A stretch of 64,000 bases of DNA. Origin: Escherichia phage Ge15. Below the pieces are notes generated by a model. That model had not been told where the DNA came from. It did not search any database and worked only from the letters and a program-made list of their open reading frames with translations. The first letter of the stretch is position 1. Every line of letters starts with the position of its first letter. Below are positions 21,901-34,608 of the stretch, piece by piece. Made by a program: the position numbers and the translations under genes. The stretch lies in sequence record PP359696.1; one strand, written 5' to 3'.

Positions 21901-22216
21901 TATTCGCCCGGTCGATGAGGCCGGGCTTTCAGAAAAAGAACTTTCAATTAAGAAAGAAAAGGATGAAATTGCAAAGCTTCTTGACCGTCAAGAAAATGGA
22001 TTTATTATTGAAAAAATGGTAGAAGAGTTTGGAATGAGTTATCTTGAAGCTACAACAGCATTCTTGGAAGAAAATTCTATTCCTGAAACTCAATTTGCTA
22101 AATTTATTCCTTCGGGTATAATTGAAAAAATTCAGTCAGAAGCTATTGACGAAAATCTTTTACGTCCTTCTGTTGTTCGTTGTGAAAAAACTAATACATT
22201 AGATTTTCTATTATGA
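21878..22216 (+). CDS. 33: late transcription co-activator gp33
   Basis: 112-aa ORF from MTQFSLNDIRP; overlaps dsbA 3' end. Confidence 0.85.
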   Translation: MTQFSLNDIRPVDEAGLSEKELSIKKEKDEIAKLLDRQENGFIIEKMVEEFGMSYLEATTAFLEENSIPETQFAKFIPSGIIEKIQSEAIDENLLRPSVVRCEKTNTLDFLL

Positions 22217-22866
22217 TTAAACTCCGCATGCCTGCTGGTGGTGAAAGATATATTGATGGTAAATCAGTTTATAAATTATACTTAATGATAAAACAACATA
22301 TGAATGGAAAGTATGATGTAATTAAGTATAATTGGTGCATGCGGGTGTCTGATGCCGCTTATCAAAAGCGAAGGGATAAGTATTTTTTCCAGAAGTTATC
22401 AGAAAAATATAAATTAAAGGAACTTGCTTTAATTTTTATAAGCAATCTTGTTGCTAACCAAGATGCTTGGATTGGTGACATCTCTGACGCTGATGCACTT
22501 GTGTTTTATCGTGAATATATCGGACGCTTAAAGCAAATTAAATTTAAGTTTGAAGAAGATATTCGCAACATTTATTATTTTAGTAAAAAAGTTGAAGTTT
22601 CTGCTTTTAAAGAAATCTTTGAATATAATCCAAAGGTTCAGTCAAGTTATATTTTTAAACTTCTGCAATCGAACATAATTTCGTTTGAAACGTTTATCTT
22701 GCTTGATTCGTTTTTAAATATAATTGATAAACATGATGAACAGACTGATAATTTAGTCTGGAATAATTATTCTATAAAGTTAAAGGCTTATAGAAAAATT
22801 TTAAATATTGATTCACAGGAAGCTAAAAAAGTTTTTATTGAAACTGTGAAATCTTGCAAGTATTAA
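22213..22866 (+). CDS. 59: helicase loader gp59
   Basis: 217-aa ORF, same length as T4 gp59; immediately upstream of gene 32. Confidence 0.85.
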   Translation: MIKLRMPAGGERYIDGKSVYKLYLMIKQHMNGKYDVIKYNWCMRVSDAAYQKRRDKYFFQKLSEKYKLKELALIFISNLVANQDAWIGDISDADALVFYREYIGRLKQIKFKFEEDIRNIYYFSKKVEVSAFKEIFEYNPKVQSSYIFKLLQSNIISFETFILLDSFLNIIDKHDEQTDNLVWNNYSIKLKAYRKILNIDSQEAKKVFIETVKSCKY

Positions 22867-22874
22867 TTGCTTAT

Positions 22875-22882
22875 TATAAATA
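22875..22882 (+). promoter_or_regulatory. late promoter TATAAATA in gene 32 leader
   Basis: exact tataaata. Confidence 0.4.
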
Positions 22883-22899
22883 GATTATAATTATCTCAC

Positions 22900-22965
22900 T
22901 GACCAGCTATGAGGTCATACATCGTCATAGCACCAACTGTTAATTAAATTAAAAAGGAAATAAAA
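22900..22965 (+). promoter_or_regulatory. gene 32 autoregulatory translational operator (pseudoknot plus unstructured A/U-rich tract)
   Basis: tgacc/ggtca and agctatga/tcatagc interleaved stems (pseudoknot), then ttaattaaattaaaaaggaaataaaa before ATG. Confidence 0.6.
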
Positions 22966-23874
22966 ATGTTTAAACGTAAATCTACTGCTGAACTCGCTGC
23001 ACAAATGGCTAAACTGGCTGGAAATAAAGGTGGTTTTTCTTCTGAAGATAAAGGCGAGTGGAAACTGAAACTCGATAATGCGGGTAATGGTCAAGCAGTA
23101 ATTCGTTTTCTTCCGTCTAAAAATGATGAACAAGCACCATTCGCAATTCTTGTAAATCACGGTTTCAAGAAAAATGGTAAATGGTATATTGAAAACTGTT
23201 CATCTACCCACGGTGATTACGATTCTTGTCCAGTATGTCAGTACATCAGTAAAAATGATTTGTACAACACTGACAATAAAGAATATGGTCTTGTTAAACG
23301 TAAAACTTCTTACTGGGCTAACATTCTTGTAGTAAAAGACCCAGCTGCTCCAGAAAATGAAGGTAAAGTATTTAAATACCGTTTCGGTAAGAAAATCTGG
23401 GATAAAATCAATGCAATGATTGCAGTTGATGTTGAAATGGGTGAAACTCCGGTTGATGTAACTTGTCCGTGGGAAGGTGCTAATTTTGTACTGAAAGTTA
23501 AACAAGTTTCTGGTTTTAGTAACTACGACGAATCTAAATTCCTGAATCAATCTGCGATTCCAAACATTGATGATGAATCTTTCCAGAAAGAACTATTCGA
23601 ACAAATGGTTGACCTTTCTGAAATGACTTCTAAAGATAAATTCAAATCGTTTGAAGAACTGAGCACTAAGTTCAGTCAAGTTATGGGAACTGCTGCTATG
23701 GGTGGTGCCGCAGCAACTGCTGCTAAGAAAGCTGATAAAGTTGCTGATGATTTGGATGCATTCAATGTTGATGACTTTAATACAAAAACTGAAGATGATT
23801 TTATGAGCTCAAGCTCTGGCAGTTCATCTAGTGCTGATGACACGGACCTGGATGACCTTTTGAATGACCTTTAA
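22966..23874 (+). CDS. 32: ssDNA-binding protein gp32
   Basis: ORF matching T4 gp32, including CxxC...C zinc site and acidic C-terminus. Confidence 0.95.
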   Translation: MFKRKSTAELAAQMAKLAGNKGGFSSEDKGEWKLKLDNAGNGQAVIRFLPSKNDEQAPFAILVNHGFKKNGKWYIENCSSTHGDYDSCPVCQYISKNDLYNTDNKEYGLVKRKTSYWANILVVKDPAAPENEGKVFKYRFGKKIWDKINAMIAVDVEMGETPVDVTCPWEGANFVLKVKQVSGFSNYDESKFLNQSAIPNIDDESFQKELFEQMVDLSEMTSKDKFKSFEELSTKFSQVMGTAAMGGAAATAAKKADKVADDLDAFNVDDFNTKTEDDFMSSSSGSSSSADDTDLDDLLNDL

Positions 23875-23896
23875 TAGATTATATTACTAATTAATT

Positions 23897-23923
23897 GGGG
23901 ACCCTAGAGGTCCCCTTTTTTTA
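23897..23923 (+). terminator. rho-independent terminator after gene 32
   Basis: ggggaccctagaggtcccc stem then T8. Confidence 0.6.
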
Positions 23924-23948
23924 TTTCAAAAAATTTTTTCACAAAACT

Positions 23949-23978
23949 GTTTACATCCTTGTTCTTCCGTGGTACTAT
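23949..23978 (+). promoter_or_regulatory. T4-type early promoter
   Basis: gtttac 23949-23954, tactat 23973-23978. Confidence 0.5.
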
Positions 23979-24021
23979 ACAACTATCGGCAATACTGCTG
24001 ATAATTAAAGAGGAAAATAAC

Positions 24022-24249
24022 ATGGCTAAAGTTGATATTGACATCGTTGATTTTGAGTATATTGAAGAGATTATTCGTAATCGTTATCCTGAGCTTAGTA
24101 TCACAAGCGTGCAAGATTCTAAGTTTTGGAGTATTCAAATCGTTATTGAAGGTCCTCTTGAAGACCTCACTCGCTTTATGGCTAATGAATATTGTGATGG
24201 TATGGATTCTGAAGACGCAGAATTTTACATGGGATTGATTGAACAATAA
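24022..24249 (+). CDS. hypothetical acidic protein (frd.3 position)
   Basis: 76-aa ORF from MAKVDIDIV with RBS agagg. Confidence 0.5.
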   Translation: MAKVDIDIVDFEYIEEIIRNRYPELSITSVQDSKFWSIQIVIEGPLEDLTRFMANEYCDGMDSEDAEFYMGLIEQ

Positions 24250-24292
24250 TTATCAAGGGGCTATTAAGCCCCTATCAAAATGAGGAAACGTA

Positions 24293-24673
24293 ATGTATAT
24301 TGGCAAAAAGTATGAACTTGTTCCAAGACTTATTGATACATTTATTAATTATAGCCCACGTTCTAATTCATCAATCGTTAAAGCTATTCGAGATAATGGC
24401 GGATGGTTTGAAGTTAAAGAAGTTTCCGTCGCTAATGGATATAAAGCAGTAAAACACATTGAATGCGCAAATGGAAAGCATTTTTACCTCAAAGATAGAC
24501 TTTTAGAAATTTGCGAAGATGAATTTCATTGTTTTCGTGAGTATAAAGAACCGACTTCTGAAGAAGATGAAGTCAAAGACAAGGTTTCTGGCGTAACAAA
24601 AATTCACTGCATTGTTGACGAAAACAATGTAGATGAAATCATTGAACTTTTGCAAAAAACTTTCAAAAAGTAG
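24293..24673 (+). CDS. hypothetical protein
   Basis: 126-aa ORF with RBS gagg. Confidence 0.55.
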   Translation: MYIGKKYELVPRLIDTFINYSPRSNSSIVKAIRDNGGWFEVKEVSVANGYKAVKHIECANGKHFYLKDRLLEICEDEFHCFREYKEPTSEEDEVKDKVSGVTKIHCIVDENNVDEIIELLQKTFKK

Positions 24674-24702
24674 TTTACAGTAGGGTAGTAGTGTGATACT
24701 AT
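24674..24702 (+). promoter_or_regulatory. T4-type early promoter
   Basis: gtttac 24674-24679, tactat 24697-24702. Confidence 0.5.
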
Positions 24703-24811
24703 TACCCTATCAAAACTAATGGAGAAAAGAAAATGTTCGCACCTTATATTATGGCAGCAGTTATGTTGGTCTGTTTATATCTTTTGATTAAAGCTTGCTA
24801 AGGAGAATAAA

Positions 24812-25054
24812 ATGAGATTACAACGCCAGAGCATCAAAGATTCAGAAGTTAGAGGTAAATGGTATTTTAATATCATCGGTAAAGATTCTGAACTTGTTGA
24901 AAAAGCTGAACACCTTTTACGCGATATGGGATGGGAAGATGAATGTGATAGATGCCCTCTTTATGAGGATGGAGAAAGCGCAGGATTCTGGATTTATCAT
25001 TCTGACGTTGATCAGTTTAAAGCTGATTGGAAAATTGTGAAAAAGTCTATTTGA
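24812..25054 (+). CDS. hypothetical protein
   Basis: 80-aa ORF with RBS aaggag. Confidence 0.5.
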   Translation: MRLQRQSIKDSEVRGKWYFNIIGKDSELVEKAEHLLRDMGWEDECDRCPLYEDGESAGFWIYHSDVDQFKADWKIVKKSI

Positions 25055-25064
25055 GGAAAATATT

Positions 25065-25397
25065 ATGTCTGACATTCATGTAACTGGAATTTCACAAGTA
25101 AATATTCGCTGCCAATTTAAAACTGTACCCGGGGTGACTCATATTACTTTATCACACGACCCATATTCTCGTGGAAGACAGTTAACTGGTGTAATTAAGT
25201 TTTTCGGTGGAATTGGTGGTAATGAATTTACTATAGGCGATGAAGAAATTGTTGGCTGTAAATTAAAAGTTCAGAAAGGCGTGTTAGAACTTTTTAGTGA
25301 TGAAGTTTTTGATGAAATCTCACGAGCAGTTAACAAAGGAATGTTAACGTTAATTAAAATGATTAAAGCTAGCGGATATGTTCCTGATCCTTTTTAA
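25065..25397 (+). CDS. hypothetical protein
   Basis: 110-aa ORF with RBS gagg. Confidence 0.5.
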   Translation: MSDIHVTGISQVNIRCQFKTVPGVTHITLSHDPYSRGRQLTGVIKFFGGIGGNEFTIGDEEIVGCKLKVQKGVLELFSDEVFDEISRAVNKGMLTLIKMIKASGYVPDPF

Positions 25398-25408
25398 TAG
25401 GAGATAAT

Positions 25409-26235
<827 letters not shown>

Positions 26236-26243
26236 AATAACGC

Positions 26244-26603
26244 GTGGCGGAAAATATGAATTTTAATTATTACCCTATTTTATTAGAAAAAGACGCGAAA
26301 CAGCCAAAGTGGCAGGGTCCTCAGTTTATTAAAGGTGTCTATCAATTAGTAGTTCCTAAAGACAAGATTTACAGCAGTTGTTTCACTGAATCCGCTTGCA
26401 GTATTTTCGGTAATAGTTCTCCGTATTGGAATTTTGACATAAAGCTGGATAGAAATATCGATATTTGGTTGAAAGCTATGGATATTGGTAATATCACGTT
26501 TGATGAGAATAATTATCATATTATTGGTCGCTTTTCCAAACGTGGCAAAGAATTATATTTCACACCTGAAATTGAGAGAAAATTTGATGCTAAACCGTAT
26601 TGA
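26244..26603 (+). CDS. hypothetical protein inserted between frd and td
   Basis: 119-aa ORF (possible start at MNFNYY, 26256); no recognisable motif. Confidence 0.5.
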   Translation: MAENMNFNYYPILLEKDAKQPKWQGPQFIKGVYQLVVPKDKIYSSCFTESACSIFGNSSPYWNFDIKLDRNIDIWLKAMDIGNITFDENNYHIIGRFSKRGKELYFTPEIERKFDAKPY

Positions 26604-26618
26604 TTATATAGGTGTTAA

Positions 26619-27479
26619 ATGAAACAATACCAAGATTTAATTAAAGACATTTTTGAAAATGGTTATGAAACCGATGATCGTACAGGCACAGGAACAATCG
26701 CTTTGTTCGGTACTAAATTGCGTTGGGATTTAACTAAAGGCTTTCCTGCAGTAACAACTAAAAAGCTCGCCTGGAACGCATGTATTGCTGAGCTTCTATG
26801 GTTTATTTCCGGTTCTACCAATGTTAATGATTTACGTCTTCGTACTCATGGTAGTCTTATTCAAGGTAAAACTATCTGGGATGACAATTATGAAAACCAA
26901 GCTAAAGACCTAGGATATCATAGTGGTGAACTTGGTCCAATTTATGGAAAACAGTGGCGTGATTTCGGTGGTGTGGATCAATTAGTTGAAACTATTGATC
27001 GTATTAAAAAATTACCAACTGATCGACGTCAAATCGTTTCAGCATGGAATCCAGCTGAAATCAATCAAATGGCATTACCGCCCTGTCATATGTTCTATCA
27101 GTTTAATGTGCGTAATGGTTATCTTGATTTACAATGGTACCAAAGAAGTGTAGATGTTTTCTTGGGATTGCCATTCAACATTGCCTCGTACGCTGCCTTG
27201 ACGCATATTGTGGCTAAGATGTGTAATCTTATCCCAGGAGATTTGATATTTTCTGGTGGTAATACTCACATCTATATGAATCATACTGAGCAATGTAAAG
27301 AAATTTTACGTCGTGAGCCTAAAGAACTATGTGAACTTAAAATTGATTGGCCTATAGAGTTTGGAAATTGTGACACCGAAACACAGCTTTACTGGTTAAC
27401 TGAATACATGAAACCGAAAGATTTTATCCTTGAAAATTATGAATCGCATCCAGCAATTAAAGGGAAAATGGCAATATGA
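26619..27479 (+). CDS. td: thymidylate synthase, uninterrupted
   Basis: 286-aa continuous ORF with full ThyA motifs (PPCH, DxxLGxPFN); no intron. Confidence 0.95.
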   Translation: MKQYQDLIKDIFENGYETDDRTGTGTIALFGTKLRWDLTKGFPAVTTKKLAWNACIAELLWFISGSTNVNDLRLRTHGSLIQGKTIWDDNYENQAKDLGYHSGELGPIYGKQWRDFGGVDQLVETIDRIKKLPTDRRQIVSAWNPAEINQMALPPCHMFYQFNVRNGYLDLQWYQRSVDVFLGLPFNIASYAALTHIVAKMCNLIPGDLIFSGGNTHIYMNHTEQCKEILRREPKELCELKIDWPIEFGNCDTETQLYWLTEYMKPKDFILENYESHPAIKGKMAI

Positions 27480-27739
27480 TTTTACGATTTAAAGATACTT
27501 CTGGCGTTGTTCTTTTTACACTTCCTAATCCAAGCGAGTTAGAAGTTCCAGGACCAGAACAGCCTATTATCATTTATGGCAAAAAATATTATACTCATAA
27601 AATGACTCGTGAGTATTTTGATAATAAAATTTCTACAGTTAAAACTTCTTCTGATTGTTATTATGATATTACTGTTTTAACGGAAAAACAATATGACGAA
27701 TTATTACCACGCGTGCCGTCTATGCCGGGTAGTGAATAA
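27476..27739 (+). CDS. hypothetical protein
   Basis: 87-aa ORF coupled to td. Confidence 0.45.
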   Translation: MILRFKDTSGVVLFTLPNPSELEVPGPEQPIIIYGKKYYTHKMTREYFDNKISTVKTSSDCYYDITVLTEKQYDELLPRVPSMPGSE

Positions 27740-28019
27740 ATATAAATCCGACTTTGATGTTAATATTCACCGTGGTACATTTTGGGGAAATTACGTCGGT
27801 AAAGATGCTGGCAGCCGGGAGGCTGCCATTGAATTATTCAAAAAAGATTTTATACGTCGAATTAAATCCGGAGAAATAACTAAAGCACATTTAGAGCCTT
27901 TACGTGGAATGAGGCTAGGATGCACATGTAAACCAAAGCCGTGTCATGGTGATATAATAGCTCATATAGTTAACCGATTGTTTAAAGACGATTTTCAAGT
28001 TGAGGACTTATGCAATTAA
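27693..28019 (+). CDS. hypothetical Cys-rich protein
   Basis: 108-aa ORF; start uncertain, overlaps the previous ORF. Confidence 0.4.
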   Translation: MTNYYHACRLCRVVNKYKSDFDVNIHRGTFWGNYVGKDAGSREAAIELFKKDFIRRIKSGEITKAHLEPLRGMRLGCTCKPKPCHGDIIAHIVNRLFKDDFQVEDLCN

Positions 28020-30274
28020 TTAATGTTATCAAAAGTAGTGGTGTTTCTCAGAGCTTTGACCCGCAAAAAATTATTAAAGTTTTATCCTGGGCAGCTGAAG
28101 GAACATCTGTAGATCCTTATGAATTATATGAAAATATTAAATCATATCTCCGTGATGGAATGACCACTGATGACATTCAAACCATTGTAATTAAGGCTGC
28201 TGCGAATTCTATTTCAGTTGAAGAGCCTGATTATCAATACGTAGCCGCTCGCTGTTTAATGTTTGCTCTTCGTAAGCATGTTTACGGACAATATGAACCA
28301 CGTTCATTTATTGACCATATTTCTTACTGTGTAAATGAAGGTAAATACGACCCTGAATTATTGTCAAAATATTCAGCAGAAGAAATTACATTTTTAGAAT
28401 CAAAAATTAAGCACGAGCGGGATATGGAATTTACTTATTCCGGGGCGATGCAATTAAAAGAAAAATATCTCGTTAAAGATAAAACCACTGGTCAAATTTA
28501 TGAAACTCCGCAGTTTGCATTTATGACTATTGGAATGGCATTGCATCAAGATGAACCTGTTGATAGATTAAAACACGTTATTCGTTTTTATGAAGCAGTA
28601 TCTACTCGACAGATTTCATTGCCAACTCCTATTATGGCTGGCTGTCGTACTCCGACTCGACAGTTTAGTTCATGCGTTGTTATTGAGGCAGGTGATTCAT
28701 TAAAGTCTATCAATAAGGCTTCCGCTTCAATTGTTGAATATATCTCCAAACGCGCTGGAATTGGTATTAACGTTGGTATGATTCGTGCCGAAGGTTCTAA
28801 GATTGGCACAGGTGAAGTGCGTCATACTGGTGTTATTCCTTTTTGGAAACATTTTCAGACTGCTGTTAAATCATGCTCACAGGGTGGAATTCGTGGCGGC
28901 GCTGCTACTGCTTATTATCCTATTTGGCATTTGGAAGTTGAAAATCTTCTCGTTTTGAAAAATAACAAAGGTGTAGAAGAAAACCGTATCCGTCATATGG
29001 ATTATGGCGTTCAACTGAATGACCTAATGATGGAACGATTCGGAAAGAATGATTACATTACTTTGTTCAGTCCGCATGAAATGGGTGGTGAGCTTTATTA
29101 TTCTTATTTTAAAGACCAAGACCGTTTCCGTGAATTATATGAAGCCGCAGAAAAAGACCCTAATATTCGTAAAAAGCGTATTAAAGCCCGTGAACTGTTT
29201 GAATTACTCATGACTGAACGCTCAGGAACAGCAAGGATTTATGTACAGTTCATTGATAATACGAATAACTATACTCCATTTATTCGTGAAAAGGCACCTA
29301 TTCGTCAGAGTAACTTGTGCTGTGAAATTGCTATTCCAACAAATGATGTGAATAGTCCTGATGCTGAAATTGGATTGTGTACTCTCTCTGCATTTGTGTT
29401 AGATAACTTCGATTGGCAAGACCAAGATAAAATTAATGAATTAGCAGAAGTCCAAGTTCGTGCTCTTGATAATCTTTTAGATTACCAAGGATATCCAGTT
29501 CCTGAAGCAGAAAAAGCTAAAAAGCGTCGAAATCTTGGTGTAGGTGTTACTAACTATGCAGCTTGGCTGGCAAGTAATTTTGCTTCTTATGAAGATGCTA
29601 ACGATTTAACACATGAACTATTTGAGAGATTACAGTATGGACTCATCAAAGCATCCATTAAGCTCGCCAAAGAAAAAGGACCTTGCGAATATTATTCAGA
29701 CACTCGTTGGTCTCGAGGCGAATTACCTATCGACTGGTACAATAAAAAGATTGACCAAATCGCAGCTCCAAAATACGTTTGTGACTGGTCGGCGCTGCGG
29801 GAAGACCTTAAGCTCTTTGGCATCCGTAATAGCACATTATCAGCACTTATGCCATGTGAGTCATCTTCCCAAGTTTCTAACAGTACAAACGGTATCGAGC
29901 CTCCACGTGGACCAGTCTCTGTTAAAGAATCAAAAGAGGGTTCCTTTAATCAAGTCGTGCCCAATATTGAGCATAACATAGACCTCTATGATTATACGTG
30001 GAAATTAGCTAAAAAAGGTAATAAACCTTATCTTACGCAAGTAGCTATTATGCTTAAATGGGTGTGTCAATCAGCTTCAGCAAATACATATTATGACCCG
30101 CAGATTTTTCCAAAAGGAAAGGTTCCAATGTCAATAATGATTGATGACCTTTTGTATTTTTGGTATTTTGGCGGAAAAAATTTCTATTATCATAATACCC
30201 GTGACGGTTCTGGTACTGATGATTATGAAATAGAAACTCCAAAAGCTGAAGATTGTGCAGCGTGTAAATTGTAA
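28010..30274 (+). CDS. nrdA: ribonucleotide reductase large subunit (class Ia)
   Basis: 754-aa ORF, same length as T4 NrdA; ATP-cone and catalytic motifs. Confidence 0.95.
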   Translation: MQLINVIKSSGVSQSFDPQKIIKVLSWAAEGTSVDPYELYENIKSYLRDGMTTDDIQTIVIKAAANSISVEEPDYQYVAARCLMFALRKHVYGQYEPRSFIDHISYCVNEGKYDPELLSKYSAEEITFLESKIKHERDMEFTYSGAMQLKEKYLVKDKTTGQIYETPQFAFMTIGMALHQDEPVDRLKHVIRFYEAVSTRQISLPTPIMAGCRTPTRQFSSCVVIEAGDSLKSINKASASIVEYISKRAGIGINVGMIRAEGSKIGTGEVRHTGVIPFWKHFQTAVKSCSQGGIRGGAATAYYPIWHLEVENLLVLKNNKGVEENRIRHMDYGVQLNDLMMERFGKNDYITLFSPHEMGGELYYSYFKDQDRFRELYEAAEKDPNIRKKRIKARELFELLMTERSGTARIYVQFIDNTNNYTPFIREKAPIRQSNLCCEIAIPTNDVNSPDAEIGLCTLSAFVLDNFDWQDQDKINELAEVQVRALDNLLDYQGYPVPEAEKAKKRRNLGVGVTNYAAWLASNFASYEDANDLTHELFERLQYGLIKASIKLAKEKGPCEYYSDTRWSRGELPIDWYNKKIDQIAAPKYVCDWSALREDLKLFGIRNSTLSALMPCESSSQVSNSTNGIEPPRGPVSVKESKEGSFNQVVPNIEHNIDLYDYTWKLAKKGNKPYLTQVAIMLKWVCQSASANTYYDPQIFPKGKVPMSIMIDDLLYFWYFGGKNFYYHNTRDGSGTDDYEIETPKAEDCAACKL

Positions 30275-30915
30275 TGAATTATCAAAAAATCTATAACGAC
30301 CTAATTTCCCGAGCTCAGGCTCGGGAATCTTTATCAGAATATAAAGAGACACATCATATAATCCCTAGATGCATGGGAGGTTCTGATGATAAAGAAAATT
30401 TAGTTGAATTAACAGGTAGAGAGCATTTTATAGCTCATTGGCTTTTATGCAAAATATATGACACCCCAGGATTAAAGAAAGCTTTTGGTTTAATGTGCTT
30501 GACTGGTAAAAATCGCTCATATAAAATTTCTTCTCAACTATACGAATTAGGTAGACGACGTTTATCTGAAGCTGCTATAGGACGTGAAGTTTCTATAGAA
30601 ACCAGGGAAAAGATAAGTAGAGCTCTTAAAGGAAGGAAATTTACCAAAGAGCATTTAGCTCGCATGAGAAAACCTAAAACCGAAGAAGCTAAAAAGAATA
30701 TAGCTGCTGCTAAAGTCGGCGTGCTTAATCCGATGTATGGTACAATCTCTCCGACAAGAGATGTTCCTCATACTAAAGAAACTCGCGATTTGATTTCTTT
30801 GAGAACTAAGCAAAGTATAGAGTATCCGCCTTGTCCGCATTGTGGCAAGAAAGTTAATAAAGGCAATGCTCTAAGATGGCATTATGATAAATGTAAATTT
30901 AAGGATTCTAAATGA
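30274..30915 (+). CDS. mobE: HNH endonuclease (mobE-like, free-standing)
   Basis: HHIIPRCMGGSDDKENLVELTGREHFIAHW HNH motif; located between nrdA and nrdB as T4 mobE. Confidence 0.7.
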   Translation: MNYQKIYNDLISRAQARESLSEYKETHHIIPRCMGGSDDKENLVELTGREHFIAHWLLCKIYDTPGLKKAFGLMCLTGKNRSYKISSQLYELGRRRLSEAAIGREVSIETREKISRALKGRKFTKEHLARMRKPKTEEAKKNIAAAKVGVLNPMYGTISPTRDVPHTKETRDLISLRTKQSIEYPPCPHCGKKVNKGNALRWHYDKCKFKDSK

Positions 30916-32081
30916 GTACAGTTTTTAATACATCCCCTGTTAATATTTTGACTGAGCCGATGTTTTTTGGTTCTGGATTGGGTTTAGCTCGATATGATAT
31001 TCAACGACATAGAGTATTTGAAGAACTTATTGAGAAATCTTTATCATTTTTTTGGCGTCCTGAAGAAGTAAACTTGATGATGGATGCTGCACAATTTAAT
31101 AAGCTTCCTCAGTATCAGCAAAATATTTTTACTAATAACCTGAAGTATCAATCACTTTTGGATAGCATTCAGGGTCGTGCGCCGTCTGCTGTACTTATGT
31201 CGTTAATTTCAGACCCAAGTCTTGATACATGGGTTGCTACATGGACTTTTAGCGAAACTATTCACAGCCGTTCATATACTCATATTATGCGAAATCTTTA
31301 TACTGATCCATCAAAGGTATTTGATGAGATTGTATTAGATAAAGCTATCATGAAACGCGCTGAATCTATTGGTCGTTATTATGATGACGTTCTAGTTAAG
31401 ACTCGTGAATATCAGAATGCGGTTGAAGATTATGAAGGAATTTTATCAGAAGGATTTCGTAAAGAAGAGTTAGGCAAAGTTGTTGAATGTACTAAACGAG
31501 CACTAATGAAATCTCTTTACCTCTGCCTGCATGTAATCAACGCATTGGAAGCTATTCGTTTTTATGTATCTTTCGCATGTACCTTTAACTTCCATAAGAA
31601 CATGGAAATCATGGAAGGTAATGCCAAGATTATGAAGTTCATTGCACGTGATGAGCAGCTTCACCTTAAAGGCACCCAATATATTATTCGTCAACTTCAA
31701 TCCGGTACTGATGGCGATGAATGGGTTAAAATTGCTCAAGAGTGTGAACAAGAAGCAGTTGATATTTTCATGGAAGTTAACCGCCAAGAAAAAGATTGGG
31801 CAGTTCATTTATTTAAAGATGGCGATGTTCCTGGATTAAATACAAATAGCATGTGGAGCTTTATTGATTACTTAACTGTATCTCGTATGAAACAGTGTGG
31901 TCTTCCATGTCCAATTACCGATGCTCCGGTTAAACATCCATATCCTTGGATTCGTGAATACCTTAATTCTGATAATGTTCAATCCGCGCCGCAAGAAGTA
32001 GAACTGTCATCTTACCTTGTAGCACAGATTGATAATGATGTTGATGATAAAGTTATGATGAGTTTTAAAAAATATTTTTAA
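30912..32081 (+). CDS. nrdB: ribonucleotide reductase small subunit, uninterrupted
   Basis: 389-aa continuous ORF; no intron. Confidence 0.95.
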   Translation: MSTVFNTSPVNILTEPMFFGSGLGLARYDIQRHRVFEELIEKSLSFFWRPEEVNLMMDAAQFNKLPQYQQNIFTNNLKYQSLLDSIQGRAPSAVLMSLISDPSLDTWVATWTFSETIHSRSYTHIMRNLYTDPSKVFDEIVLDKAIMKRAESIGRYYDDVLVKTREYQNAVEDYEGILSEGFRKEELGKVVECTKRALMKSLYLCLHVINALEAIRFYVSFACTFNFHKNMEIMEGNAKIMKFIARDEQLHLKGTQYIIRQLQSGTDGDEWVKIAQECEQEAVDIFMEVNRQEKDWAVHLFKDGDVPGLNTNSMWSFIDYLTVSRMKQCGLPCPITDAPVKHPYPWIREYLNSDNVQSAPQEVELSSYLVAQIDNDVDDKVMMSFKKYF

Positions 32082-32108
32082 GGAGTGGGCCGCAAGGCCC
32101 ATTTTATT

Positions 32109-33696
<1,588 letters not shown>

Positions 33697-33699
33697 GCT

Positions 33700-33729
33700 G
33701 TTTACAAGTCCCTCGTGTTGTGTTACAGT
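33700..33729 (+). promoter_or_regulatory. T4-type early promoter (part of a cassette repeated at 52104)
   Basis: gtttac 33700-33705; the 55-bp block gtttacaagtccctcgtgttgtgttaca...ttactgacataacatgagga recurs at 52104. Confidence 0.5.
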
Positions 33730-33757
33730 AGTCTTACTGACATAACATGAGGACTTT

Positions 33758-34264
33758 ATGATGGATTTACAGCTTATTACTACTGAAATGGTCGTTGAAG
33801 CATACGGTGATACTACAGATGGGATTTCTGTATTTAAAGGAAATCGTCGAGTTGGATATATCACCGATCTTAAGAAAGATTTAGCTAAACAAGTCAAGCG
33901 GAAAACGACCATTAAAGAATATCGAAATCGTCGTCTTGAGCAAGCCCGTGATATGCTTCCTGATGCGGTTGAGGAGATGAAAGTCTTTTTAGAAAATCAG
34001 CTTGCGAAATATGATTGTGATGTGTTCATTAATCAGACTCAACCTAATGTTCATATCAATAACTGCAAATGCTATATCATCGTTAATCCTTTGACGGGAA
34101 AACACCGCCTTGGTATTAGTAATCCAAATCGTAGTGCATCGGATATGGCAGAAGATGTTGAGGCATGCTTTAAAATTTCTAAATCTCCAGCTGAACATCA
34201 TATTTTAATTAACGGTCTTTCTCAAGACGATATTATAGAGGTTATTAAAACTTTATGCAATTAA
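33758..34264 (+). CDS. alc: Alc (blocks transcription of cytosine-containing DNA)
   Basis: 168-aa ORF; length and position match T4 alc. Confidence 0.8.
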   Translation: MMDLQLITTEMVVEAYGDTTDGISVFKGNRRVGYITDLKKDLAKQVKRKTTIKEYRNRRLEQARDMLPDAVEEMKVFLENQLAKYDCDVFINQTQPNVHINNCKCYIIVNPLTGKHRLGISNPNRSASDMAEDVEACFKISKSPAEHHILINGLSQDDIIEVIKTLCN

Positions 34265-34608
34265 GTAATACGACAGCAGGTTTGCTATTAATTGTAATTG
34301 CATTGGGCGGAACTTCTTTAATTTTAAAAAATAAAATTGAAAGATTAGAAACGTCTGTTGTAGAAATTACAAAAACGGCCAATGAAAACGCTTTAGCATT
34401 AAATAATTTGCGAATTCAGTATAATTATATTGATGCGATGAATAATAAAAATCGTGAGGCAATTGCTGCTATTGAGCGTGAAAATGAAAAACTGCGCAAA
34501 GACGCAAAGAAGGCGGATGTGGTGGCTCATAAGCCAGGATTGGTTGAAAAACAAATCAACAACTCCTTCAACAAGTTCGCAGAAGACATCCAGGACCTTT
34601 CTAAATGA
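34255..34608 (+). CDS. hypothetical membrane-anchored coiled-coil protein
   Basis: 117-aa ORF; N-terminal TM helix AGLLLIVIALGGTSLIL. Confidence 0.5.
   Translation: MQLSNTTAGLLLIVIALGGTSLILKNKIERLETSVVEITKTANENALALNNLRIQYNYIDAMNNKNREAIAAIERENEKLRKDAKKADVVAHKPGLVEKQINNSFNKFAEDIQDLSK

Noticed and set aside
26619-32081. Looked for group I introns in td and nrdB
   Set aside because: Both ORFs are continuous and full length, so no intron is present; the absence is reported as a finding rather than a feature.
32085-32108. Upstream in-frame ATG extending denA by 8 codons
   Set aside because: The extension overlaps the hairpin gtgggccgcaaggcccat and lacks an RBS; the MKEIATEY start matches the expected 136-aa product.
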